NCBI GenBank assembly: GCA_003133815.1
Contig: PKZR01000377.1
Coordinates: 1-41,076 of the forward strand
From: Limisphaerales bacterium
GTDB taxonomy: Bacteria > Verrucomicrobiota > Verrucomicrobiia > Limisphaerales > UBA11358
Direction of reading: 5' to 3'
DNA length: 41,076 bases
Below the pieces are notes generated by a model, which searched no databases, was not told the DNA's origin, and saw nothing but the letters and a program-made list of their open reading frames with translations. A program made the position numbers and the translations under genes. Positions 34,194-41,076 of this stretch are shown one piece after another (positions within the stretch are counted from its first letter, which is position 1; every line of letters starts with the position of its first letter).

Positions 34194-35561
34194 TTATTTC
34201 CTGGGCTGAGGTTGTTTTTGCGGGATAGGCGTGGACAAAGCCGCCAACAATTGCGACCAGCTTTGGGTGGCGTCAAATCCTTCGCCGACTCCCTGCCGTA
34301 AAAAACGTTTTAGTGGTTCGTGCAAGGCAATGGCGTGGTCGATTGCTGGATTGCTGCCAGCCGGATAGGCACCGATGTTGATTAAATCCTGATTGCGCCG
34401 GTAAACCGCCAGATGTTCGCGTCCGGCGGCAGTCAATGCGAGTTGCTCCGGCTTCAACAGATCGCGGTTGAGCCGGCTGACGCTCTCCAGAACGTCAATC
34501 GCCGGGTAATGGTTTTGAGTCGCCAATTCGCGCGTTAGTACGATGTGTCCGTCGAGAATCGAGCGCGTTGCATCGGCAATCGGATCGTTCATGTCGTCGG
34601 CTTCGACCAACACAGTGAACAAACCGGTGATGTCGCCTGTTTCGGAGGTGCCGGCGCGTTCGAGCAGCTGCGGAAGCATTGAAAAAACCGATGGTGTGTA
34701 ACCCCGCGTAGTCGGCGGCTCGCCGACGGCCAGGCCAATCTCACGTTGCGCCATTGCCAGACGTGTCACGGAATCCATCATCAACAGCACGCTCAACCCC
34801 AGATTGCGAAAAAATTCCGCGATGGCCATTGCCAATGACGCGCCCTTAATACGATGCAATGCGGGTTCGTTGGAAGTGGCGACGATTACGACTGATTTTT
34901 TGCGCCCGAGCGCATCAAGATCACGTTCCAAAAATTCGCGAACTTCACGCCCGCGTTCGCCAATAAGTGCAATGACATTTACGTCGGCATCTGCTCGCGA
35001 CGCCATCATGCCGAGCAATGTGGATTTGCCAACGCCGCTGCCGGCAAAAATGCCGAGACGTTGTCCGCGGCCGCACGGCATAAATGTATCAACGGCCTTG
35101 ATGCCCGTTTGAAATACACGATGAATGCGCTGACGCTTTAGCGGGTGCGGCGGCAACAAATTTAATTCGACAGACTGCTCGGTTTGAACCGGCCCAAGCC
35201 CGTCGATCGGACGGCCCAAGCCGTCAAGCACACGGCCTTTGAGCGCGTTGCCGACACCGATGCGCATTGGCGCACCGGTGGCGGTGACTTCACTGCCCGG
35301 GTGGATGCCTTTCAGTTCACCCAGCGGCATGAGCAGAAGATGATGGTTTCGAAAGCCGACGACTTCGGCGAGTGTGATGCCGTCGTGCCGGGCGGATTCA
35401 ATGCGGCAGATTTCGCCAACCGCTGCGACGGGACCCTCCGATTCAATGACCAGCCCGATGACTTGCACGACGCGACCACAAGTTTCCGTGACGCGCGCAT
35501 GGCGCACACGTTGTAGCGCGGCGTCAAATCGTTTGGCTGGGCAGGAAAGGGCGGATTTCAT
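34194..35561 (-). CDS. fliI: flagellum-specific ATPase FliI
   Basis: 455 aa. Walker A: GQRLGIFAGSGVGKSTLLGMM. Then ...VLLMMDSVTRLAMAQREIGLAVGEPPTTRGYTPSVF. Confidence 0.95.
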   Translation of the reverse strand: MKSALSCPAKRFDAALQRVRHARVTETCGRVVQVIGLVIESEGPVAAVGEICRIESARHDGITLAEVVGFRNHHLLLMPLGELKGIHPGSEVTATGAPMRIGVGNALKGRVLDGLGRPIDGLGPVQTEQSVELNLLPPHPLKRQRIHRVFQTGIKAVDTFMPCGRGQRLGIFAGSGVGKSTLLGMMASRADADVNVIALIGERGREVREFLERDLDALGRKKSVVIVATSNEPALHRIKGASLAMAIAEFFRNLGLSVLLMMDSVTRLAMAQREIGLAVGEPPTTRGYTPSVFSMLPQLLERAGTSETGDITGLFTVLVEADDMNDPIADATRSILDGHIVLTRELATQNHYPAIDVLESVSRLNRDLLKPEQLALTAAGREHLAVYRRNQDLINIGAYPAGSNPAIDHAIALHEPLKRFLRQGVGEGFDATQSWSQLLAALSTPIPQKQPQPRK

Positions 35562-36142
35562 TTGGAAATGGATTCCCGAATTTGTTCGATCTTTGTTTCG
35601 CGGCGCGCATCCAGCAGGCCAAATCGGGTTTGCACCAGACAGCCGCCGCGAGTGATTTCGGATGAACCAATGAATTTAAGCGGGCCAGCTTCGGGCAAAC
35701 CCTGAAGAATCGGCGCAGCGTGTTTGTGTAGCAACGCAAGATCGTCAGGATGGAGATGGACGGTTATTTCGGCGGTTTCCTTGGTTTCAAGCACCGCTTC
35801 TCGCACGATGGCTTCGACTAGAACGGAATCAATGGGAATTCCTGCGACAAATTTTTTTGCGGATTCCAGCGCGATTTGAAACAAAACACCCTCGGTTTGT
35901 TGGATGACATCCGGCACGGCATTACGCAATGATTCAAGAACACCTTGCTGCAGTTCGAGCAATTCATTCCGTTGCTGGAGCAACTGTTCACCAAGATTCT
36001 TTTCTGCGTCAAGCCTTCCGCGTTCGAAGGCGGCCTGTTCGAGGGCGCGAGCACGATTTTCCTGTTCGCTTTCCGGCGGTAGCACGCTCAGGCGCACTTC
36101 GCGGAGAGGTTCGTTTAGAACAATGGTTTCAGACCACTTCAT
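35558..36142 (-). CDS. fliH: flagellar assembly protein FliH
   Basis: ...AFERGRLDAEK...VHLHPDDLALL...LKFIGSSEITRGGCLVQTRFGLLDARRETKIEQI. The track start at 36205 overlaps fliG by 77 nt. ATGs at 36181, 36163 and 36142 are alternatives, and I list the one with the smallest overlap (14 nt). Confidence 0.8.
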   Translation of the reverse strand: MKWSETIVLNEPLREVRLSVLPPESEQENRARALEQAAFERGRLDAEKNLGEQLLQQRNELLELQQGVLESLRNAVPDVIQQTEGVLFQIALESAKKFVAGIPIDSVLVEAIVREAVLETKETAEITVHLHPDDLALLHKHAAPILQGLPEAGPLKFIGSSEITRGGCLVQTRFGLLDARRETKIEQIRESISK

Positions 36143-37181
36143 ATTCAATGTTGCGGGCTTCATCAAGGTCGATTTCGCCATCCGTTTCGAGTTTGCGGAC
36201 GGCATCGATGATTCTCAATTGTGCGGCTTCAACGTCGCGGAGCTTCACATGTCCCAGTGCCATCATTTCGTCCTGCACACCTTCGGCGCCGCGGCGCGAG
36301 ATGTTGGAAAGAAGCAATTTTTTGAGTGGCTCGCTGGCTTTCTTCAAGGCAAGTGCGAGGTCGCGCATTTCTGTCTCGCGCATGATGCGTTGGATGACCT
36401 GCGCATTGAGCAGGAGCAAATCCTCGAATGTGAACATTTTTTTGCGAATCGCCTGCGATAATTCTGGATTGCGCTCTTCTATGCTGGAAAGCAGCAGGCG
36501 GCTGATGTTTTTGTCCATCGCGTTGAGGATGTCCGCAGCGGGCGTGACACCGCCGGTCTGGCTCAAAGCGCGGGTTTGTTTCACACCCATTTTGGCGTTG
36601 AGCACGTTCACCACTTTTTCCGCCACTTCAACCGGTGTTGGTGCCAAGGTGGCGAGTCTCTCGATGATGCTTTCGCGTTGTTCGGGTTGGAACAAGGAAA
36701 ACATCTGCGCGGCTTTTTCAGGAGAGAGATGACTGATGACGAAGGCCATGGTTTGCGGCTGCTCGTCGCGGATGAGGTTGAAAATGCTTCGCGAATCCAT
36801 GTCAGCAATGGATTGCATGGCGCCGGCGGAGGCGCGGTTTGGCAGGATGCGACCGAGAATGTCGCTGGCCTTGATGCTGCCCACGGCTCTTTCGAGAGAG
36901 TTGCGTGTGACGTCCAGTCCCGCCGAAACGGAAGTGCTGGCGGCCAGCGCAACCTCTGAAAAATCAAACAGGATTTCCTGCTGCTGTTCACGTGTGATCA
37001 GATTGAACCGTGCCATTTCGCGGGAAACAGGTTCAATTTCGCCGGGCTGAAATTGCTTCATGATTTCCGACGCACTTTCAGGCCCGATCATCACAAGCAA
37101 CGCCGCGAGCTTCTGCGTTTTGGTCAATGCGCCGTTCTCGGCGGGCGCCGCATCGGGTGAATTTTCAATTTTTGCAGCCAT
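36129..37181 (-). CDS. fliG: flagellar motor switch protein FliG
   Basis: 350 aa. ...LTKTQKLAALLVMIGPESASEIMKQF...MFTFEDLLLL...LALALKKASEPLKKLLLSNISRRGAEGVQDEM. Confidence 0.95.
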   Translation of the reverse strand: MAAKIENSPDAAPAENGALTKTQKLAALLVMIGPESASEIMKQFQPGEIEPVSREMARFNLITREQQQEILFDFSEVALAASTSVSAGLDVTRNSLERAVGSIKASDILGRILPNRASAGAMQSIADMDSRSIFNLIRDEQPQTMAFVISHLSPEKAAQMFSLFQPEQRESIIERLATLAPTPVEVAEKVVNVLNAKMGVKQTRALSQTGGVTPAADILNAMDKNISRLLLSSIEERNPELSQAIRKKMFTFEDLLLLNAQVIQRIMRETEMRDLALALKKASEPLKKLLLSNISRRGAEGVQDEMMALGHVKLRDVEAAQLRIIDAVRKLETDGEIDLDEARNIEYEVV

Positions 37182-37187
37182 GAATAA

Positions 37188-38813
37188 TCAGCGTTCGGGT
37201 GTTGATCCACGGTTCATCCAATCACGGATGGCCTGGCTCATGTTTGATGGGTTTTCCTTGATGAGCCGGTTTAGCACATCCACTGTCACAACGCCCGGCT
37301 GCGGTTCGGGATGCCAATGGCTGTGACCATTGCCATTTCCGTTCCCGTTTTGCTGGCCCATGAGTTTGCCAATGGGAACGCCCAATGGAATTTCCTGAAC
37401 CGGCGTGCGCTTGAAAATGCGTAGCAACACGACGAGTGCCACCAGACCGAGAGCGGGATAAACAAAATTGCGCGCTGTGTCCCACCAGAACTGCCGTTGC
37501 TGCTGCTGATCGAGTTGCTGCGTCATGGTGGTGGCGAACTCGTCATTGAAGGGCAGTTCCTCCAGCGTGAGAGTGTCGTTACGCGTGTTGTCGGCACCGG
37601 TCTGGATGCCAATCGCGCCAATGACAATCTGCTTCAGCTTGTCGAGCTCCTCCGGCGAGCGGTTGACCACTTTGCGGTCGGTGCCGGTTCCATCGTATTG
37701 CGCGGCGACGGTCACGGCGGCGGAAAGCCGTTTGATGCCGCCTGCCGCCTGGGTCAGGCTGCTGACGGTTTTGTTTATTTCGTATTCGACGGTGGAAGTG
37801 GTCTTGTGGTTGTCGGAGTTGTTGACTGGCGAGGAGCCGGACCTGACGCTGTTGGTGTCCGTGGAGGTATTGGCGGAGATGCCAACGGCCGATGTGGAAC
37901 TGGAAGTGGTGGCGATGGTGCTCTCGTCATTCTTGGTTTGGGTGCGGATGACCTGTCCGTCAGGATCGTATTTCTCCGCAGTGCTGCTGGTGGTGTCAAA
38001 ATTTATTTCAGCGGAAACGCGGACGATGGCCTGGCCGGGACCGAGAACTTTTTCAAGCATGTCCTGCGCCTTCTTTGCGAGATATTGTTCCAGGTTGCGC
38101 TGGGCGGCGAGCTGGGAAGTGGACAGACCGGAAATGGAGTCGTTTTCGTTGTTTTCGGAAAGCACGTTGCCCAGATTGTCCACGACGGTTACGAAATTGG
38201 GGCTCAATCCTTCTACCGAATTGGCGACGAGGAACCGGATGGAGTTGATTGACGACGGTTGCAATTGTGTGTTGCCGCGCACGCGAACAAAAACAGACGC
38301 GGTGGGATGCTTGTCCTTGTCGAGCAATAGCCGGTTCTCAGGTATGACGATCATCACGCGGGCGGCTTCGATCTCGTCAATCTGGCTGATGGTGCGGGCC
38401 AGTTCGCCTTGGATGGCACGTGTGTAATTTGCGCGCTGCACGAAATCGGAAATGCCGAAATTTGGCTTGTCGAATATTTCAAAACCCACGCCGTCGCCGC
38501 TGGGAATTCCCTTTCCGGCCAATTGCATCCGCATTTCATAAACCTTGTCTGCTGGAACGAGGATGGAACCGCCTCCCTCGCCGACCTTGTAAGGAACCTT
38601 GGCGTCGTCAAGTGCGGAGATGACCTTGGATGCCTCGGTGTCGGACAACTTGCCGTAAAGCAGGCTGTAATCAGCGCGTGATGACCAAAATGCGAGCGAG
38701 CCCAAGCCCGCCACTAGAACGAGCGTGGCCGAGATGACGCTGACACGCTGGCTCACGCCAAGCTGTTTCCAGATTTCAACAAGTTGTGCACCAAGTTTGG
38801 AAAGATTGTTCAT
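37188..38813 (-). CDS. fliF: flagellar MS-ring protein FliF
   Basis: 541 aa. ...YSLLYGKLSDTEASKVISALDDAKVPYKV...GGSILVPADKVYEMRMQLAGKGIP...ARVMIVIPE. The C-terminal segment is the FliG-binding type. Confidence 0.95.
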   Translation of the reverse strand: MNNLSKLGAQLVEIWKQLGVSQRVSVISATLVLVAGLGSLAFWSSRADYSLLYGKLSDTEASKVISALDDAKVPYKVGEGGGSILVPADKVYEMRMQLAGKGIPSGDGVGFEIFDKPNFGISDFVQRANYTRAIQGELARTISQIDEIEAARVMIVIPENRLLLDKDKHPTASVFVRVRGNTQLQPSSINSIRFLVANSVEGLSPNFVTVVDNLGNVLSENNENDSISGLSTSQLAAQRNLEQYLAKKAQDMLEKVLGPGQAIVRVSAEINFDTTSSTAEKYDPDGQVIRTQTKNDESTIATTSSSTSAVGISANTSTDTNSVRSGSSPVNNSDNHKTTSTVEYEINKTVSSLTQAAGGIKRLSAAVTVAAQYDGTGTDRKVVNRSPEELDKLKQIVIGAIGIQTGADNTRNDTLTLEELPFNDEFATTMTQQLDQQQQRQFWWDTARNFVYPALGLVALVVLLRIFKRTPVQEIPLGVPIGKLMGQQNGNGNGNGHSHWHPEPQPGVVTVDVLNRLIKENPSNMSQAIRDWMNRGSTPER

Positions 38814-38825
38814 TGGAAAATTTTC

Positions 38826-39176
38826 TTATAACTGCATTTTCATGATTTCCTGATAGGCATCGAGCAGCTTGTTGCGGACCTCGACCATCAGTTGAAATGA
38901 GACGTTGGCTTCTTCCATCCCAATGACGGCCTGATGCAGTGAAACATCGCCTCCCGCCTGTAAATTATTTACATTTTGCGAGGCGCTGATTTGTTTGTCG
39001 TTAACTTCGCCGACCATCTTCCCGAGCATTGTGGAAAAGGAATCGCCCGACGGCTGCGCCGGAGCGAGTATGCCGGGCTGGTCGGTGGGTGTGACCGGCA
39101 GCGACGGCGATATTTTTTCGCTTGGCGAAACGCCGTAAGCTGACATTAGCGGCTGGATGGCATTGAGCGGTATCAT
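38826..39176 (-). CDS. fliE: flagellar hook-basal body protein FliE
   Basis: 116 aa. ...FSTMLGKMVGEVNDKQISASQNVNNLQAGGDVSLHQAVIGMEEANVSFQLMVEVRNKLLDAYQEIMKMQL. Confidence 0.85.
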   Translation of the reverse strand: MIPLNAIQPLMSAYGVSPSEKISPSLPVTPTDQPGILAPAQPSGDSFSTMLGKMVGEVNDKQISASQNVNNLQAGGDVSLHQAVIGMEEANVSFQLMVEVRNKLLDAYQEIMKMQL

Positions 39177-39184
39177 GGTTCAAA

Positions 39185-39607
39185 TCAATGTTTGCCGATG
39201 GATAGAACTTGCAGGGCCATTTCGCGGGCGTTTTTGACCACTGCAAGATTTGCCTCAAAGGTGCGCGAGGCGGAAATCATGTCCGCCATTTCCTCTTGGA
39301 TGTTGACGTTAGGCGTGGCTACCATGCCGTGCGAATCGGCATCGGGATTGCCCGGTTCGTAAACCATGTCAAACGGGCGCGGATCTTTTTCAATTCCGGC
39401 AACCCGCAGGGTTGGCGTGGCCGGTCCGCCGTCCATGGCCTGCCGAAGGGCGCTTTCAAACACCACGACCTGCCGTTGATAAGGCTTGCCATCGACGCCG
39501 TGCGTTGTGTTCGCATTAGCAATGTTTTCGGAAATGACATTCAACCGCGTGCGCTCGGCGTCGAGTGCGGCGGTGGTGTTCTGGATTCCAGAAAGAATAT
39601 CAATCAT
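39185..39607 (-). CDS. flgC: flagellar proximal rod protein FlgC
   Basis: MIDILSGIQNTTAALDAERTRLNVISENIANANTT...VNIQEEMADMISASRTFEANLAVV. I chose the ATG at 39607. The track start at 39616 is a TTG overlapping the flgB stop. Confidence 0.9.
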   Translation of the reverse strand: MIDILSGIQNTTAALDAERTRLNVISENIANANTTHGVDGKPYQRQVVVFESALRQAMDGGPATPTLRVAGIEKDPRPFDMVYEPGNPDADSHGMVATPNVNIQEEMADMISASRTFEANLAVVKNAREMALQVLSIGKH

Positions 39608-39612
39608 ATGTG

Positions 39613-39996
39613 TCAACCGGCTGTGCCTGTGATGGCCATTTTGAGCCGGTAAAGATCCGTGCTGATCAACTGCGTTTCCAGCGTGTTGGCCAGGGAATTC
39701 TGGTTCATCTTGAGCAATTCATCCTCCAAGCTCACCGTGTTGCCATCGGGGCTGACGGCAACCGCGTTTGGATCGACTTCCAGTTCGGGCTTCAGAGCGG
39801 CAATTTCCTGCGGGTCACGCGCGGCGCAGGCGCGTTGGAGTTCGGTGTTGAAGGAAGCCGCCACGTCCAGCCGTTTGTAACCGGGTGTCTCGAGGTTCGC
39901 GATATTGCTCGCGATGGCAGTCTGGCGCAAAGAAACAGCATCGAGCGTTTTTTTTGCGGCCAGATAATCGGGCTGATTGAAAAGGGCGTCTATCAT
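39613..39996 (-). CDS. flgB: flagellar proximal rod protein FlgB
   Basis: 127 aa. ...LRQTAIASNIANLETPGYKRLDV...VSLEDELLKMNQNSLANTLETQLI. Confidence 0.9.
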   Translation of the reverse strand: MIDALFNQPDYLAAKKTLDAVSLRQTAIASNIANLETPGYKRLDVAASFNTELQRACAARDPQEIAALKPELEVDPNAVAVSPDGNTVSLEDELLKMNQNSLANTLETQLISTDLYRLKMAITGTAG

Positions 39997-40020
39997 GCTA
40001 CTTTTTCCTGACGGTGTTAA

Positions 40021-40035
40021 GCAGCATTGGTGCCA
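40021..40035 (-). promoter_or_regulatory. sigma-54 promoter candidate upstream of flgB (TGGCAC-N5-CTGC)
   Basis: The minus strand reads TGGCACcaatgCTGCttaacaccgtcAGGAaaaagtagcATG. The -12 C is at 40021 and the flgB ATG at 39996. Confidence 0.6.
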
Positions 40036-40181
40036 GCGTGAAAAACCCGAGAAAATGGAACTTTATGTGAAGTGCTCTGCCAAAAGAGGAAAAATATTCC
40101 TCATGGAATGCCTCCACTAGGAAAGTGTTGTCTAGTTGCGAAAACCCCGAAGAAAATCTACGCCGCGTCGTTTTGCTAGCT

Positions 40182-41076
40182 TCAAGCTTCGGACAGCTCT
40201 TCCTTTTCGGACTCGTCAATCACAACATCATTGTATTCGAGCAGTTTGTTGCGCAGGGTGCGGACGTTGATGTTTAGCATTTTTGCGGCGTGCGTGCGGT
40301 TGCCTTCGCAACGGCGCAGCGCGGCAATAACGTGTTGCTTTTCCATCTCGGCCATTGTTGCAAAGTTATTGCCGTTGGTTCCCGTTGGAACATCAATGCC
40401 CGCAGACACGTCATCCAGCTCGTTGGAAGCCGTAAATCCGAGGTGTTGCGGATCGAGTTCTTGATGGCCGTCACTAAGAATGACTGCGCGCTCAATGACA
40501 TTTTGCAATTCGCGGATGTTGCCGGGCCAGTGATGCGCCTTGAGGGCGTTCAAGGCTTTGGCCGAAATTCCGTGAACCTGCGCCCCGTGTTTGCGGCAGA
40601 AGCGGCGGGTGAATTCTTTGGCCAGAAGCGGCACGTCCTCGGGATGCTCGCGCAGGGGGGCAAGATGAATGGGCACCACGTTCAGGCGGAAAAACAAATC
40701 CTGCCGGAATTCCTTCTTCGCGACGCTCTCGTCAAGCCGGCGGTTGGTTGTGGCGATGACCCGCACATCCACCTTGATGGTGCGGTTGCCGCCGACGCGT
40801 TCCAGCTCCCGCTCCTGCAATACCCGGAGCAGCTTGGCCTGGACGCTGGGTGAAATCTCGCTGATTTCATCCAGCAAAATGGTGCCGCCATGGGCGAGCT
40901 CAAACCGGCCTTCGCGTTTGTTCAATGCGCCGGTGAACGCGCCGCGTTCGTGGCCGAAGAATTCGCTTTCAATCAGGTTTTCCGGGATGGCGGCGCAATT
41001 CACCTTGATGAACGGCGCATTGGCGCGGGTGCTGGCGCGGTAAAGTGCGCGCGCCACCAGTTCCTTGCCTGTGCCG
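40182..41076 (-). CDS. sigma-54-dependent transcriptional activator (AAA+ EBP with C-terminal Fis-type HTH), N-terminus outside the window; FleQ/FlbD/FlrC-like
   Basis: The reading frame is open to the window edge (...[15 protein letters not shown]...). It carries [12 protein letters not shown] (the GAFTGA sigma-54 contact loop), GGTILLDEI (Walker B), [15 protein letters not shown], and the [24 protein letters not shown]. Confidence 0.9.
   Translation of the reverse strand, partial: GTGKELVARALYRASTRANAPFIKVNCAAIPENLIESEFFGHERGAFTGALNKREGRFELAHGGTILLDEISEISPSVQAKLLRVLQERELERVGGNRTIKVDVRVIATTNRRLDESVAKKEFRQDLFFRLNVVPIHLAPLREHPEDVPLLAKEFTRRFCRKHGAQVHGISAKALNALKAHHWPGNIRELQNVIERAVILSDGHQELDPQHLGFTASNELDDVSAGIDVPTGTNGNNFATMAEMEKQHVIAALRRCEGNRTHAAKMLNINVRTLRNKLLEYNDVVIDESEKEELSEA

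Noticed and set aside
37290-37380. A GN/GNG repeat (NGNGNGNGH) near the FliF C-terminus, considered as a tandem repeat or slippage site.
   Set aside because: It is a short in-frame low-complexity linker preceding the conserved FliG-binding tail, with no evidence of frameshift or variable-number repeats.
37525-38427. Long plus-strand ORFs antisense to flagellar genes (for example 37525..38427 at 300 aa, 35929..36732 at 267 aa, 3793..4554 at 253 aa, 1972..2688 at 238 aa, 24105..24746 at 213 aa).
   Set aside because: Each lies entirely inside a strongly supported minus-strand gene with clear family motifs. Their translations are Arg/Ala/Ser/Gly-rich, low-complexity shadows typical of GC-biased coding regions.
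39998-40219. 73-aa minus-strand ORF between the EBP gene and flgB.
   Set aside because: It overlaps the 3' end of the EBP gene and contains the flgB sigma-54 promoter. Its sequence is not protein-like, so it is probably spurious.
1-41076. I scanned for CRISPR arrays, tRNA/rRNA genes and sigma-28 promoters (TAAA-N15-GCCGATAA) on the coding strand.
   Set aside because: I saw no regularly spaced repeats, cloverleaf-like sequences or rRNA-like stretches. All GCCGAT words lie on the non-coding strand inside genes or lack a correctly spaced TAAA.

Overview
This window is almost entirely one minus-strand flagellar super-locus, running from about 41 kb down to 10 kb. It starts with a partial sigma-54 enhancer-binding regulator (FleQ/FlbD-like). 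Next comes flgB-flgC-fliE-fliF-fliG-fliH-fliI-fliJ-(YlxF-like)-fliK-flgD-flgE-fliL-fliM-fliN-fliO-fliP-fliQ-fliR-flhB-flhA-flhF. This is followed by orf79-fliA-motA-motB-orf90, then flgF-flgG-flgA-flgH-flgI-(rod-binding FlgJ-like)-flgN-flgK-flgL, and finally fliW-csrA. The gene order mirrors the Bacillus fla/che and flgK-flgL/fliW-csrA operons. It differs in having no chemotaxis genes and in carrying outer-membrane ring genes (flgH, flgI, flgA). Downstream of csrA, where Bacillus-type loci carry flagellin, lie two SAM-dependent methyltransferases. They are followed by a translationally coupled 1982-aa fused HAD/GT2-like/GT4/TPR/GT2/TPR protein (2133..9869). I read this as a candidate flagellar or surface glycan modification module. 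The left 2 kb holds a 3'-truncated secreted FGE/SUMF1-domain gene, a transposase-like relic, GC-rich hairpin repeats, and an AT-rich islet with a small plus-strand membrane ORF. I found five minus-strand matches to the sigma-54 -24/-12 core by eye. Four lie just upstream of operon-first genes (flgB, orf79-fliA, flgF, fliW) and one perfect match lies inside fliK. A CCGGCAA(A)TTTT-like motif recurs 60-140 nt upstream of three of the intergenic promoters. I saw no rRNA, tRNA or CRISPR array, and no flagellin, fliD, fliS, flgM or flhG. A PVC/Verrucomicrobia-like origin is a low-confidence guess from protein style only. All functional calls rest on motif recognition by eye, not on database searches.
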